Source: Thiobacillus sp. (GTDB lineage: Bacteria > Pseudomonadota > Gammaproteobacteria > Burkholderiales > Thiobacillaceae). Taken from it: 64,000 nt of DNA. This document shows, piece by piece, positions 1-10,398 of this stretch. The notes under the pieces were generated by a model. That model ran no database searches, was not told where the DNA came from, and was given only the letters and a program-made list of their open reading frames with translations. The first letter of the stretch is position 1. The number at the start of each line of letters is the position of its first letter. The stretch spans positions 72,440-136,439 of the forward strand of contig DATKUP010000170.1 of the NCBI GenBank assembly GCA_035530575.1, written 5' to 3'. Made by a program: the position numbers and the translations under genes.

Positions 1-524
1 CCCTGCGCCAGCAGCACGTCGCCCTTCAGGTCGTGGAAGCGGAAGGAAAATGCATCGCTGTGCGTGGCGGACAGGGTTTTCAGCGCGGCATCGTATTGCT
101 TCTGGTCGAGCTGTACTCCGGCCAGCCGCAGGCGTGCCAGATCCTTGACCGCAGGTTCCTTGCTGTTGGCCACCGCCCATTCCAGCTGGGCCTGCGCGCT
201 TTTCAGGTCCTTGGCACCGACGTTCAACTTGGCCAGCAACAGCGCCGCACGCGGCGCGTAGGCGGTGTCCTTGTACTGGTCGATCAGCATCGCGCCCGCG
301 TCGCGCGCCGTCTTGGCATCGTTGGCCGCCAGCGACCGTGTGAGCTGTTCGTACACGGTTGCAGCTTCCAGGCTTTGCGTCACCACGTGGTTCTGCCAGT
401 AGCGCCAGCCCGCCGCCGCCGCGACCACCACGGCGAGTCCGACCATCACCAGGTTGCCCCAGCGTTTCCACCAGGCCTTCAGTTCGTCCAGCCGTTCCTG
501 TTCGTCGAGATCGTAGGTTGCCAT
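1..524 (-). CDS. YfgM-like membrane-anchored TPR/helical-repeat protein (N-terminal part; C-terminus lies outside the window)
   Basis: Absent from the ORF track because it runs off the window edge. My minus-strand translation from ATG 524-522 reads MATYDLDEQERLDELKAWWKRWGNLVMVGLAVVVAAAAGWRYWQ..., giving a short cytoplasmic head, one TM helix and helical repeats. It lies directly downstream of hisS, as yfgM does in many proteobacteria. Confidence 0.6.
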   Translation of the reverse strand, partial: MATYDLDEQERLDELKAWWKRWGNLVMVGLAVVVAAAAGWRYWQNHVVTQSLEAATVYEQLTRSLAANDAKTARDAGAMLIDQYKDTAYAPRAALLLAKLNVGAKDLKSAQAQLEWAVANSKEPAVKDLARLRLAGVQLDQKQYDAALKTLSATHSDAFSFRFHDLKGDVLLAQ

Positions 525-529
525 TGCGT

Positions 530-1804
530 TTATGCCTTTTCAGTTAATGCCTGTTTCAGATATTCGATTGCCAGCGTCACCTCGACGCGGGTCTGCCCGG
601 CGGTACCGCGCAGGGGTTTCAGCGTCACCTGCCGGGCGTTGACTTCGTCGTCGCCGATAATCACCGCATAGCGCGCGCGACTCGCATCGGCCTTTTTCAT
701 TTGCGACTTGAAGCCGCCGCCGCCGCCGTGCAGCATAGCGGCGAGTCCGGCGCCGCGCAGCGCCGCCGCCACCTGCCAGGCGTATGCCTGAGCCGCGTCG
801 CCGGCGTGAACGATATACGCATCCGGCACCGCTGTCGCCAGCGGCGTGCCGGCGACCTCCATCAGCGACAGCAGCCGCTCGATGCCCATGGCGAAACCGG
901 CGGCCGGCGCCGGCTTGCCGCCCAGTTGCTCGATCAAGCCGTCGTAACGCCCGCCGGCGCATACCGTGCCCTGCGCACCGAGCTGGTCGGTCACCCACTC
1001 GAACACGGTGCGATTGTAGTAATCGAGTCCGCGCACCAGGCGCGGGTTGATTTCGAACGCGATGCCGTTGGCGCGCAGCAAGGCCTGCAGCGTATCGAAA
1101 TGCGCCAGCGCCGTCTCGTCGAGCTCGTCCATCAGTCTGGGCGCCGCATCGTTCAATGCCTGTATCGCCGGGTTCTTGCTGTCGAGAATACGCAGCGGGT
1201 TGCTGTGCAGCCGCCGCTTCGAGTCCTCGTCGAGCGCGTCCTGATGCGCCTCGAAATAGGCGATCAGCTTGGCACGGTGGCGATGCCGCGACTCGATGTC
1301 GCCCAGCGTGTTGAGCTGCAGCGTCGGCGCAATGCCGAGTTCGCGCCAGAGGTCAGCACACATGACGATCAGCTCGGCATCGACATCCGGCCCGGCAAAA
1401 CCGAGCGCCTCGACGCCGACCTGATGGAACTGCCGGTAGCGGCCCTTCTGCGGCCGTTCGTGGCGGAACATCGGCCCCGTGTACCACAGGCGCTTGCCGC
1501 CGTCGTACAGCAGATTGTGCTGGATCACCGCGCGCACCGAGGACGCCGTGCCTTCCGGGCGCAGCGCCAGCGATTCGCCGTTCAGCTCGTCGACGAAGGT
1601 GTACATCTCCTTTTCGACGATGTCGGTCACCTCGCCGATGGCGCGCTTGAACAGGCCGGTGTGTTCGAGGATGGGCGTGCGCATCTCGCGGTAGCCGTAG
1701 CGCCGCAGCCAGTCGCGCACGATCGCCTCGAACGCCTGCCAGGTGTCGGTGGCATCGGGCAGGAGGTCGTTCATGCCGCGCACGGATTGAATGTTGTTGC
1801 TCAT
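530..1804 (-). CDS. hisS: histidine--tRNA ligase
   Basis: 424-aa ORF with class II aaRS / HisRS-like motifs ([44 protein letters not shown]). Confidence 0.95.
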   Translation of the reverse strand: MSNNIQSVRGMNDLLPDATDTWQAFEAIVRDWLRRYGYREMRTPILEHTGLFKRAIGEVTDIVEKEMYTFVDELNGESLALRPEGTASSVRAVIQHNLLYDGGKRLWYTGPMFRHERPQKGRYRQFHQVGVEALGFAGPDVDAELIVMCADLWRELGIAPTLQLNTLGDIESRHRHRAKLIAYFEAHQDALDEDSKRRLHSNPLRILDSKNPAIQALNDAAPRLMDELDETALAHFDTLQALLRANGIAFEINPRLVRGLDYYNRTVFEWVTDQLGAQGTVCAGGRYDGLIEQLGGKPAPAAGFAMGIERLLSLMEVAGTPLATAVPDAYIVHAGDAAQAYAWQVAAALRGAGLAAMLHGGGGGFKSQMKKADASRARYAVIIGDDEVNARQVTLKPLRGTAGQTRVEVTLAIEYLKQALTEKA

Positions 1805-1814
1805 CTAAAAAATC

Positions 1815-1903
1815 TCACCACAGAGACACAGAGGCACGGGGAAAACTGTGCGTGATATCCAACCGTTTTCCTCTGTGTCTCTGTGCCTCTGTGGTTAATG
1901 GTT
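1815..1903. repeat. REP/MITE-like inverted-repeat element, copy 1 (arms built from (A/G)CACAGAG units, right end CTCTGTGGTTAATGGTT)
   Basis: Left arm tcaccacagagacacagaggcac (1815-1837) and right arm ctctgtgtctctgtgcctctgtggttaatggtt (1871-1903). Fills the ispG-hisS intergenic gap. Related copies lie at 53918-54057 and 63344-63455. Confidence 0.8.
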
Positions 1904-3129
1904 TACTTGCCAGCGCCATAACGCCTGCACACGTAGTCTTCGACGATCGCCTGGAAATCCGCGGCGATGCGGTCGCCTTTCAGCGTCACGGTTTTTTCGC
2001 CGTCGACGTACACCGGCGCGACCGGTACTTCGCCGGTGCCGGGCAGCGAGATGCCGATGTTGGCGTGCTTGGATTCGCCGGGGCCGTTGACCACGCAGCC
2101 CATCACCGCCACCTGCATGGATTCGACGCCGGGATACTGGCTGCGCCACAGCGGCATCTGCCTGCGCAGATAACTTTCGATGTCCTGCGCCAACTCCTGG
2201 AACACGGTCGAGGTGGTACGGCCGCAACCGGGACAGGCGGTGACCTGCGGGGTGAAGGCGCGCAGACCCAGCGCCTGCAGGATTTCCTGGCCGACGCGGA
2301 CTTCCTGAGTGCGGTCACCGCCCGGTTCCGGGGTCAGGGAGATTCGTATGGTGTCGCCGATGCCTTCCTGCAGCAGCACTGCCAGCGCGGCGGTCGAGGC
2401 GACGATGCCCTTCGTGCCCATGCCGGCCTCGGTCAGCCCCAGGTGCAGCGGATAGTCGCACTGCAACGCAAGATCGCGGTACACCGAAATCAGGTCCTGC
2501 ACCCGGCTCATCTTGCAGGAAAGAACGATCTTGTCACCGCCCAGGCCCAGTTCCTCAGCCTTTTTCGCCGACTCCAGCGCGGAGGCCACCATCGCGCGGC
2601 GCATCACCCGCTCGGCGTCTTCCGGCTGCGCAAGACGCGCGTTGTCGTCCATCATGCGCGCCGCCAGCGCCTGGTCGAGGCTGCCCCAGTTGACGCCGAT
2701 GCGCACCGGTTTGTCGTGCCGGCACGCCACCTCGATCAGGGTGGCGAACTGCTCGTCGCGCTTGTTGCCGCGCCCGATATTGCCGGGATTGATGCGCAGC
2801 TTGGCGAGCGCCTCGGCGCATTCCGGAACCTCGGTCAGGAGCTTGTGGCCGTTAAAGTGGAAGTCGCCGATCAGCGGTACGCGGCAGCCCAGCACATCGA
2901 GGCGCTCGCGGATACGCGGCACCGCGGCGGCGGCTTCCAGGGTGTTGACGGTGAGCCGCACCAGCTCCGAGCCGGCCTCGGCAAGCGCCTGCACCTGGCG
3001 CACGGTGGCCTGGATGTCGACGGTATCGGTATTGGTCATCGACTGCACCACCACGGGCGCATCGCCACCAACCAGCACATGGCCGACCCGAACCTGACGG
3101 CTTGGACGACGGATAATTTCGGACATCAT
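1903..3129 (-). CDS. ispG: 4-hydroxy-3-methylbut-2-en-1-yl diphosphate synthase (flavodoxin), IspG/GcpE
   Basis: 408-aa ORF. C-terminal 4Fe-4S ligand motifs ACPGCGRT and GCVVNGPGE. Typical MEP-pathway GcpE sequence throughout. Confidence 0.95.
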   Translation of the reverse strand: MMSEIIRRPSRQVRVGHVLVGGDAPVVVQSMTNTDTVDIQATVRQVQALAEAGSELVRLTVNTLEAAAAVPRIRERLDVLGCRVPLIGDFHFNGHKLLTEVPECAEALAKLRINPGNIGRGNKRDEQFATLIEVACRHDKPVRIGVNWGSLDQALAARMMDDNARLAQPEDAERVMRRAMVASALESAKKAEELGLGGDKIVLSCKMSRVQDLISVYRDLALQCDYPLHLGLTEAGMGTKGIVASTAALAVLLQEGIGDTIRISLTPEPGGDRTQEVRVGQEILQALGLRAFTPQVTACPGCGRTTSTVFQELAQDIESYLRRQMPLWRSQYPGVESMQVAVMGCVVNGPGESKHANIGISLPGTGEVPVAPVYVDGEKTVTLKGDRIAADFQAIVEDYVCRRYGAGK

Positions 3130-3953
3130 TCTTCCAGAGTAAAGCGGGCGACCGTCACTTCAATAAAGGGCTCCAGGTCGATGGGGCGGCCGTTGTATGT
3201 CAGTCTTACTTGCGCTGCATTGCCGATCACCACATCGAACGGCGGCTGACCCGGGATATCGGCGCTCGTGCCGGCCGGGTTGAGCTGGCGATGCAGCATG
3301 CGGCCGCTGGCATCCTTGACTTCGACCCAGGACTCGTCACCGAATTCGAGGTGCAGCATACTGTTAATCGCCGAGGCTTCGGGCACCCCGGCTTCATCCT
3401 GCCGAGAGGCATCGGGGGTCGCCACGGCGGGCGCAGCCGGCGCAACGGGGGCAACTTCAACGGTAGGGGGGGCGGCTTCCGCCGGTTCCGTAACGGGCGC
3501 AGGAGCCGCGGCCGGTGCGGAACGGGTTTGCGCAGCGGACGGCGCCTGCTTGCCCGTGCCATCCTCTCCCGCGCTGTTGAGCCACCAATATAGCGCCACG
3601 GGCACCGCCACCAGCACCAGCAAACCCAGCAGCAGCAGGATCAGCCAGGGCGAGCTCAACCAGGAATGCGGCGGGGGCGGCGCGGCATGGCTGATCTCAG
3701 CCGGCTCGGCCGGCGCACCTGCCATGCGCACCAGCAGCGCTTCGGGCGCAAGCCCCAGCAGACGCGCGTAGTTGCGCACAAACCCGCGGGCGAACACGGG
3801 CGGATCGAGGCTCTCGAAATCATCCGTCTCCATGGCCTCGACCTGGCGCCGCATCAGGCGCAGGCGCACAGCGGCATCTTCCAGCGTGATGCCCTGCACT
3901 TCGCGCGCGTCACGCAAAATCTGCCCGACCGAGGGTTGCCCGCTCTCGCTCAT
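3126..3953 (-). CDS. rodZ: RodZ-like cytoskeleton protein (XRE-type HTH + TM + C-terminal beta domain)
   Basis: N-terminal [29 protein letters not shown], single [24 protein letters not shown], Pro/Ala-rich linker. 4-nt overlap with ispG. Conserved ispG-rodZ synteny. Confidence 0.75.
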   Translation of the reverse strand: MSESGQPSVGQILRDAREVQGITLEDAAVRLRLMRRQVEAMETDDFESLDPPVFARGFVRNYARLLGLAPEALLVRMAGAPAEPAEISHAAPPPPHSWLSSPWLILLLLGLLVLVAVPVALYWWLNSAGEDGTGKQAPSAAQTRSAPAAAPAPVTEPAEAAPPTVEVAPVAPAAPAVATPDASRQDEAGVPEASAINSMLHLEFGDESWVEVKDASGRMLHRQLNPAGTSADIPGQPPFDVVIGNAAQVRLTYNGRPIDLEPFIEVTVARFTLEE

Positions 3954-4723
3954 TCGTATTGCCCCGTCAGCAGCAGCCGCGCCTCATCCGAATCGGGGAA
4001 GCGCTTGCGCAGTTGCAGGCCGTAAGCCGCCTCCTGCGCGCGGTCGCCCAGTTTGCGTTCCAGCCGCACCCCCAGCCACAGGCTTTCCGCGGTTGGCGGT
4101 GCCAGTTCGGCATGGCGTCCAAGCAGGCGCTGCGTCTCCATCAACCGGCCCTGGCGGAAATTCAGCCCGGCCAGCTTCAGCACGGTGTTGGGGTTGTCGG
4201 GTTGCAGCTTGAGCGACTTCAGCAGATTGGCTTCGGCCAGCGCGAGGTCGCCTTTCTTTTCCGCGCACAGGCCGGCGTTCGCCATGGCCTGCTCGGGGTG
4301 GGGGTAAAGCGGATTGTGCAGGGCGATGCTGAACTGTTCGAGCCCTTCGTCATAACGGCCGCGGGTGCAGAGAAACCAGCCGAAATTGTTGCGCGCTTCC
4401 GAGTCGCCACGATCCAGCTCGATGCCGCGGCGGAAATTTTCCTCGGCCAGCTTGTCTTCGGCCAGCTCCATGTAGATCAGGCCGTAGACGTTATAGGCCG
4501 GGCCGAAGCGGTTGTCGGCGGTAATCGCCTTGCGCAGCTCGTCGAGCGCGACCTTGTACTGGGCGCGGGAAAAATAGGCGCCGGCCAGGTCGGTGAAGGC
4601 ACGCGCGCGCTGACGGCTTTCGCTGTCGACCTGCGTGCCGGCGACACCGCTGCCGCTGTCCGTCGGCTGCTGCGCGCAGCCCGCCAGCAGCGCTGCTGCC
4701 AGTATGCCCATCCATTTTTTCAC
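3950..4723 (-). CDS. pilW: type IV pilus biogenesis/stability TPR lipoprotein PilW (PilF-type)
   Basis: Lipobox LLAGC followed by TPR repeats. GTG start at 4723 has AGGAG 5 nt upstream and overlaps the rlmN stop (GTGA). The ORF-track start at 4795 is rejected because it overlaps rlmN. Confidence 0.65.
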   Translation of the reverse strand: MKKWMGILAAALLAGCAQQPTDSGSGVAGTQVDSESRQRARAFTDLAGAYFSRAQYKVALDELRKAITADNRFGPAYNVYGLIYMELAEDKLAEENFRRGIELDRGDSEARNNFGWFLCTRGRYDEGLEQFSIALHNPLYPHPEQAMANAGLCAEKKGDLALAEANLLKSLKLQPDNPNTVLKLAGLNFRQGRLMETQRLLGRHAELAPPTAESLWLGVRLERKLGDRAQEAAYGLQLRKRFPDSDEARLLLTGQYE

Positions 4724-5868
4724 ACCGTCTCCTTGTGCATTCGTTTCATCACGCGCCCGCTCTTGTCGGCCACCTTGCCTGCCAGCTGACCGCATGCGGC
4801 GTCGATGTCGTCGCCGCGCGTCTTGCGCGTGGTGACCACCAGTCCGGCGTCCTGCAGGATCTCGCGGAATACGCGCATCGTCTCGCTGCGAGGTTTTTCA
4901 TAACCGGAATCCGGGAACGGATTGAACGGAATGAGATTGAATTTGCACGGCACCTCGCGCACCAGTTCGATCAGCTGGCGCGCGTACTCGGGCGCATCGT
5001 TCACCCCGGCTAGCATCACATATTCAAAGGTAATGAAATCACGCGGCGCGTGCACCAGATAACGCCGGCACGCCGCCATCAGCTCACGCAACGGGTACTT
5101 CCTGTTGATCGGAACAATCTGGTCGCGCAGCGCATCGTTGGGCGCGTGCAGGCTCACCGCCAGCGCCACCGGGCAGCGTTCGGCCAGCCGGTCCATCGCC
5201 GGCACCAACCCCGAGGTCGACACCGTCACCCGCCGCCGCGACAGGCCATAGGCGTGGTCGTCGAGCATGATGCCGAGCGCGGTCACCACGTTCTCGAAGT
5301 TCGCCAGCGGCTCGCCCATGCCCATCATCACCACATTGGTCACCGGCCGGTCGGAAATTTCGGCTGCGCCGTGATTAGGGACGCTGTGATTGGGCACGCT
5401 GTGATTGGGCTCGGTGCGGTTGGGCTCGGTCTTCAGGCCGTGATGCGCCACCCACAGCTGGCCAATGATTTCGGCCACCGTCAGATTGCGGTTGAAGCCC
5501 TGCCGTCCAGTCGAGCAAAAGGTGCATTCCAGCGCGCAGCCGACCTGCGACGATACGCACAGGGTGCCGCGATCCTCTTCCGGGATGAATACGGTCTCGA
5601 TGCCGTTTGCCACCCCCACATCGAACAGCCACTTGCGCGTGCCGTCGGCCGATGTGTGTGCGTAGCCGATCGCAGGCGGCGCCACCACTGCCTGCTGCTG
5701 CAGCTTCTCGCGCAAGCTTTTGGCGATGTCGGTCATCTGCGCAAAATCCGCCACCCCGGCCTGATGCACCCAGTGGAACACCTGCCTGGCGCGAAACGGC
5801 TTTTCGCCGAGTTCGCCGAACCAGGCGATCAGTCCGTCGAGGTCGAAATCAAGCAGGTTTTGCGGCAT
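4720..5868 (-). CDS. rlmN: 23S rRNA/tRNA (adenine-C2)-methyltransferase, radical SAM RlmN
   Basis: Radical-SAM [11 protein letters not shown] (Cx3Cx2C), MMGMGEPL, C-terminal DIDAACGQL. Start set at MPQNLLDF (5868), because the longer ORF-track N-terminus runs into ndk. Confidence 0.9.
   Translation of the reverse strand: MPQNLLDFDLDGLIAWFGELGEKPFRARQVFHWVHQAGVADFAQMTDIAKSLREKLQQQAVVAPPAIGYAHTSADGTRKWLFDVGVANGIETVFIPEEDRGTLCVSSQVGCALECTFCSTGRQGFNRNLTVAEIIGQLWVAHHGLKTEPNRTEPNHSVPNHSVPNHGAAEISDRPVTNVVMMGMGEPLANFENVVTALGIMLDDHAYGLSRRRVTVSTSGLVPAMDRLAERCPVALAVSLHAPNDALRDQIVPINRKYPLRELMAACRRYLVHAPRDFITFEYVMLAGVNDAPEYARQLIELVREVPCKFNLIPFNPFPDSGYEKPRSETMRVFREILQDAGLVVTTRKTRGDDIDAACGQLAGKVADKSGRVMKRMHKETV
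5371..5430. repeat. four tandem 15-bp in-frame repeats inside rlmN
   Basis: gtgattagggacgct / gtgattgggcacgct / gtgattgggctcggt / gcggttgggctcggt. On the coding strand these encode [20 protein letters not shown]. Confidence 0.9.
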
Positions 5869-5878
5869 GCGTATGCGT

Positions 5879-6307
5879 TTAACGGCCTGCGTAGACTTCG
5901 CAGGCGGGGAAGAAATAGGCGATTTCGATCGCAGCGGTTTCCGGCGCGTCGGAGCCATGCACTGCGTTGGCATCGATGCTCTCGGCGAAATCGGCGCGAA
6001 TGGTGCCGGCCTCGGCCTTCTTCGGGTCGGTCGCACCCATCAGTTCGCGGTTCCTGGCGATCGCGTCTTCGCCTTCCAGCACCTGCAGAACGACCGGGCC
6101 GGAGATCATGAACTCGACCAGATCCTTGAAGAAGGGACGCTCGCGGTGCACCCCGTAGAAGCCTTCGGCTTCCTGACGCGACAGGTGCTTCATTCTGGAC
6201 GCCACCACCTTGAGACCATTGCTCTCGAAGCGGCTGACGATCTTGCCGACCACGTTTTTAGCGACGGCATCGGGTTTGATGATGGAAAAGGTGCGCTGAA
6301 CTGCCAT
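5879..6307 (-). CDS. ndk: nucleoside-diphosphate kinase
   Basis: 142-aa [18 protein letters not shown]... with active-site region NAVHGSD. Confidence 0.95.
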   Translation of the reverse strand: MAVQRTFSIIKPDAVAKNVVGKIVSRFESNGLKVVASRMKHLSRQEAEGFYGVHRERPFFKDLVEFMISGPVVLQVLEGEDAIARNRELMGATDPKKAEAGTIRADFAESIDANAVHGSDAPETAAIEIAYFFPACEVYAGR

Positions 6308-6365
6308 GTGTATGCTCCGGAAAAGTGAGAAAAAAAATGTTTAAAAGACCATGAAAATCAGCCTG

Positions 6366-7754
6366 CTAGCATAACATGCCCCACCCTGGGCTGTCTTGCC
6401 CGCCTGCCGGCCAGTTCGCGACGCGCGGCAGCACCCCGGCTTCACCGGGTGCGGCAAGCAGATCGGCTTCGAGGCCGATCCCCGCCGCCCACGCCAGCCG
6501 CCCGTCGCACCACAACAGCGGCAAACGATCGCGCTGCCAGGGTGGGATCGCCTGTTCCTGCAGCAGATTCTTCAGGCTTCGATGGGGGCCGCCGGGATGC
6601 AGGCGCAGGCGTTCGCCGCCCTGCCGCACCCCCAGCGTCACCTCGCCTGCTGCCAGCACGTCGCGCTTCAGGCCGGCTCCGGTCACCGCGTCCATCTGCA
6701 CGCGCACCCCGGCGGCGGCCACCCAGAGCGACGCCTCGCCCCGCCAGTGAATCGGCGCGGCCGGGGCGGGCGCCGGCGGAACCAGATATGCGCCGCCACG
6801 AAAGCGCCACAACTCCACCCTCCCCAGCCCGACGCACACCCGCGCATCGCGACCCGCGTCCCGCAGCTGATGCAGCGCCTCGTCGAGCCGCCGGGCATTG
6901 GGCATGGGCTGGCCACGCTGTTCAATGAAATAGCGCAGCAAATTGCGCGCGCGCGCGCGGGACAAACCGGCCAGCAGCACGCAATCGAGCCGTTCGCCGG
7001 CAATGGCTGTCTCCGCATCGAGCCGCGCCAGATCGTCCAGCAAGTCGGCAGCATCGGCCTGCAGTGCGGCCGCGCGCGCGAGGGTAGCGCCGCTGCCGGG
7101 AAAATGCGCAGCCAGGAGCGGCATCACCTGCCGGCGCAGCGCATTGCGGCGGTAGCGGGTGTCCCGATTGCTTTCGTCGTCGACCCAGGTCAGGCCATGC
7201 GACTGCGCATAATCCAGCAGCCTGGCACGCGTCACGCCCAGCAGCGGCCTGAGTTGCGCTGCGCGCCAGCCGGGCCGGGATTGCAGTTCGGCCATCGCCG
7301 CCAGGCCTTTCGGTCCAGCGCCGCGCAGCAACTGCAATAAAAGGGTTTCGGCCTGATCGTCCTGCTGGTGCGCAGTGAGCAGAAAGTCCGCGTCCAGCGC
7401 GGCAAAGATGCGCTGGCGCTCGCGCCGCGCAGCGGCTTCGATACCCGCCGCATCGTCGCGCGCGATCACTACATGATGGATGCTTGATTCAACCGTATGC
7501 GATGCGCAAAGCCGCGCGCAGAAATCGGCCCAGGCGCCGGCATGGGGCGACAGCCCGTGGTGCACATGCACGACCCGCAGTTCAAAGGGATGTCGATCGC
7601 GCAGCGAGAGCAGGACATGCAGCAGGGCCACCGAATCGAGCCCGCCCGAGAGCCCCAGCACCAGCCGTGCGTGCGGGGGGACGTGGCGGACGAGTGCGTC
7701 CGCCACGACTGCGACGACCGGTCTATTTGGCAGGGGTTTCCTTGAAGCGGCCAT
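6366..7754 (-). CDS. tilS: tRNA(Ile)-lysidine synthase
   Basis: PP-loop SGGLDS near the N-terminus and a TilS-like C-terminal domain. Start placed at MAASRKPL (7754). Overlaps the accA 3' end by about 30 nt. Confidence 0.85.
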   Translation of the reverse strand: MAASRKPLPNRPVVAVVADALVRHVPPHARLVLGLSGGLDSVALLHVLLSLRDRHPFELRVVHVHHGLSPHAGAWADFCARLCASHTVESSIHHVVIARDDAAGIEAAARRERQRIFAALDADFLLTAHQQDDQAETLLLQLLRGAGPKGLAAMAELQSRPGWRAAQLRPLLGVTRARLLDYAQSHGLTWVDDESNRDTRYRRNALRRQVMPLLAAHFPGSGATLARAAALQADAADLLDDLARLDAETAIAGERLDCVLLAGLSRARARNLLRYFIEQRGQPMPNARRLDEALHQLRDAGRDARVCVGLGRVELWRFRGGAYLVPPAPAPAAPIHWRGEASLWVAAAGVRVQMDAVTGAGLKRDVLAAGEVTLGVRQGGERLRLHPGGPHRSLKNLLQEQAIPPWQRDRLPLLWCDGRLAWAAGIGLEADLLAAPGEAGVLPRVANWPAGGQDSPGWGMLC

Positions 7755-8691
7755 ACGCCCGCAGGCGCTGGTAACGCGCGGCCAGCAGGGCATCGAGCGA
7801 CGGCTTGCGCAACTCGGCCAGGGTGTCGGTGAGCGCGCGGCGCATCGACTGGAACATGGCGTCCCAGTCGCGTTGCGCGCCGCCCAGCGGTTCCTCGACG
7901 ATGCGGTCGACCAGCCCGTTGGCCTTCAGGCGGTCGGCGGTGATGCCCAGGGTTTCGGCGGCAACCGAAGCCTTGTCGGCGCTCTTCCACAGAATCGAGG
8001 CGCAGCCTTCGGGCGAAATCACGGAATACGTCGAATATTGCAGGATCATCGTGCGGTCGCCAACGCCAATGGCTAGCGCGCCGCCCGATCCGCCCTCGCC
8101 GACGATGGAGCAGATGATCGGCGTCTGCAGTTCGGCCATCACATAGAGGTTGCGCGCAATCGCCTCGGACTGTCCGCGCTCCTCGGCGCCGATGCCGGGA
8201 TAGGCGCCGGGGGTGTCGATAAATGTGAAAATCGGCAGCCGGAATTTTTCCGCCAGGCGCATCAGCCGCAAGGCCTTGCGATAGCCTTCCGGACGCGGCA
8301 TGCCGAAATTGCGGTAGATCTTTTCCTTGGTGTCGCGGCCTTTCTGGTGGCCGATCACCATCACCGGCTCGCCGTTGAAGCGCGCCATGCCGCCGACAAT
8401 TGCGGCATCGTCGGCATAGGCACGGTCGCCGTGCAGTTCGGCGAAATCGGTGAACAGCCCCTGCACGTAATCGAGCGTATAGGGCCGTTGCGGATGGCGC
8501 GCCACCTGCGATACCTGCCAGGCATTGAGCTTGGTGTAGATGTCCTTGGTCAACGCCTGGCTTTTTTTCTGCAGACGGCGGATTTCCTCTGAAATATCGA
8601 GGGCGGAATCGTCCTGCACGAAGCGCAGCTCTTCGATCTTGGCTTCGAGCTCGGCGATCGGCTGCTCAAAGTCGAGGAAGGTGGTTTTCAT
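7723..8691 (-). CDS. accA: acetyl-CoA carboxylase carboxyltransferase subunit alpha
   Basis: 322-aa [26 protein letters not shown]...; the whole length is AccA-like. Confidence 0.95.
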   Translation of the reverse strand: MKTTFLDFEQPIAELEAKIEELRFVQDDSALDISEEIRRLQKKSQALTKDIYTKLNAWQVSQVARHPQRPYTLDYVQGLFTDFAELHGDRAYADDAAIVGGMARFNGEPVMVIGHQKGRDTKEKIYRNFGMPRPEGYRKALRLMRLAEKFRLPIFTFIDTPGAYPGIGAEERGQSEAIARNLYVMAELQTPIICSIVGEGGSGGALAIGVGDRTMILQYSTYSVISPEGCASILWKSADKASVAAETLGITADRLKANGLVDRIVEEPLGGAQRDWDAMFQSMRRALTDTLAELRKPSLDALLAARYQRLRAYGRFKETPAK

Positions 8692-8779
8692 CGGTGGTCT
8701 TCATCAAGCTGTCACGAAAACAGGTTAGCCTGGGATTTTAACAGCCCGGCGCCATTTACCGTCGGATCGGCGCCGCAGA

Positions 8780-9262
8780 TCAATGATGGTTATGGCCGTG
8801 GGCACCGTGCGCATGGCGATGCTGGATCTCGTCCGCCACCGCCGCACGCACGTCGGACACCACGCACTGGAAATGCACCGCCTGTCCGGCGTAGGGGTGA
8901 TTGCCGTCGACCACCACCTTGTCTTCCGCAATGTCGGTCACGGTGTAGAGCATTTCCTGACTGCCGTCGACCGGCGAGCCGACGAACTGCATGCCGACCT
9001 CGATGTCATCGGGAAAGCCCTCGCGCGGCTCCAGCCGCACCAGTTCCTCTTCGTACTCGCCGAAGGCATCGGCGGGCTGCAGTTTGAGGTCGGCCGTGTC
9101 GCCCGCGGTCTTGCCTTCCAGCGCCTCTTCCACCAACGGAAAGATATTGTCGTAACCGCCGTGCAGATAGCTGACCGGCTCGTCGCTTTCCTCCAGCAGC
9201 TTGCCTTCCAGGTCACGGACGATGTAGGTAAGGGTGACGACGGTGTCTTTGCTGATAATCAA
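8780..9262 (-). CDS. slyD: FKBP-type peptidyl-prolyl isomerase, SlyD-like, with His-rich tail
   Basis: 160 aa with FKBP plus insert-in-flap organisation. C-terminal HRHAHGAHGHNHH metal-binding tail. Confidence 0.8.
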   Translation of the reverse strand: MIISKDTVVTLTYIVRDLEGKLLEESDEPVSYLHGGYDNIFPLVEEALEGKTAGDTADLKLQPADAFGEYEEELVRLEPREGFPDDIEVGMQFVGSPVDGSQEMLYTVTDIAEDKVVVDGNHPYAGQAVHFQCVVSDVRAAVADEIQHRHAHGAHGHNHH

Positions 9263-9723
9263 TTGAGGTCCTTTACAAGTTGAAGCACTTCCGCCGCGTG
9301 ACCGCGGCTGGGAACGCCGTACAGAGCGTGACGAATGACGCCCTGTTTGTCGATAACGAAAGTGGCGCGCACTGCGGTGCGGCGCATGACGCCATCCACT
9401 TCCTTGTCCTGCAGCACGCCATAGGCCTCGCAGGTCGCGTGTTCCTTGTCGGCCAGCAAGCGCACGCCGATGCCGTGTTTGTCGCGAAATTCACCATGTT
9501 TGATGCAGTCGTCGCGCGACACCCCGAGCACACTGGCGCCCAGTTTGGCGAAGTTGTTTTCCAGTTCTGAAAACTCGATCGCCTCGGCGGTGCAGCCCGG
9601 CGTGTCATCGCGCACGTAAAAAAACAGCACCAGGTTTTTCCCCCGGAACTGGGACGACTCGATGATATCCATGTCCGCATCGGGATTGGAAAAACCCGGC
9701 GCACGATCTCCTGCTTTCAACAT
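9259..9723 (-). CDS. bcp: thioredoxin-dependent peroxiredoxin Bcp
   Basis: 154 aa with peroxidatic Cys in DDTPGCTAEA. 4-nt overlap with slyD. Confidence 0.85.
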   Translation of the reverse strand: MLKAGDRAPGFSNPDADMDIIESSQFRGKNLVLFFYVRDDTPGCTAEAIEFSELENNFAKLGASVLGVSRDDCIKHGEFRDKHGIGVRLLADKEHATCEAYGVLQDKEVDGVMRRTAVRATFVIDKQGVIRHALYGVPSRGHAAEVLQLVKDLN

Positions 9724-9817
9724 GCGAAACGCTACCCTCTATTTTTCGGCAGCATTTTAACAGGGTGCATTAACAGGGCGCACCCGCTCGTCTCGTATCG
9801 TTATAATTATTTCCAAG

Positions 9818-10327
9818 GTGACAACCCAGGAAACCGACGTGTTCCCAAACCAATCCATGAACACTTTTGAAACCCCCGCCGAATTCCGTGCCGCATTCGA
9901 CGCGTTGCTGGCCGCCACGCATCGCCAGCTGCGTTTGTACGACCACGACCTGGGCCTGCTGGAACTCGACCATGCGCCGCGCCACGCGACCCTGCGCGCG
10001 TTGTGCGTCGCCGGCGGCGGCCGGCGAATCGAACTGCTGCTCGACGATATTAACCTTGTCGCACGCAAGCATCCCTACCTGATGCAACTGGTGCGCGACT
10101 TCGGCCACGTCCTTGAGATTCGCCAGACCGACCCCGATGCGCCGCGTCCCGGTGAGGCATTTGTGCTCGCCGACCGCCAAGGCGTGGTGCTGCGCGCCGA
10201 CAAGGCAGCGGCGCACGGCACGCGCCACCTCGATGACGCGCGCAATGCAGTGCTGTTGAATCAGAATTTCGAGGGCATGTGGCAGCGTTCGCCGGCCAGC
10301 GTATCCGCGACGACGCTGGGTTTGTGA
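9818..10327 (+). CDS. conserved hypothetical protein (function unknown; start could be the internal ATG at 9857)
   Basis: 169-aa ORF with genome-typical codon bias. No motif I can name. Divergent from bcp, convergent with lptG. Confidence 0.5.
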   Translation: MTTQETDVFPNQSMNTFETPAEFRAAFDALLAATHRQLRLYDHDLGLLELDHAPRHATLRALCVAGGGRRIELLLDDINLVARKHPYLMQLVRDFGHVLEIRQTDPDAPRPGEAFVLADRQGVVLRADKAAAHGTRHLDDARNAVLLNQNFEGMWQRSPASVSATTLGL

Positions 10328-10398
10328 ATTTCCGGGAACCGCCGAACCATCCTTCCCCGAGCCATTTTGACCGCTGGCGCTCCACTGCGGCAATCGGC

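Noticed and set aside
5869-6036. N-terminal extensions of track ORFs: rlmN to 6036, lptG to 11754, pilW to 4795, tilS to 7793, DUF1415 gene to 41231, alaS from 40641, norB from 33241, norQ from 35603, soxX from 28145.
   Set aside because: The extensions overlap the neighbouring gene or an intergenic repeat and are Arg/Pro-rich. Family-typical N-termini with RBS or coupled start/stop overlaps occur at internal starts.
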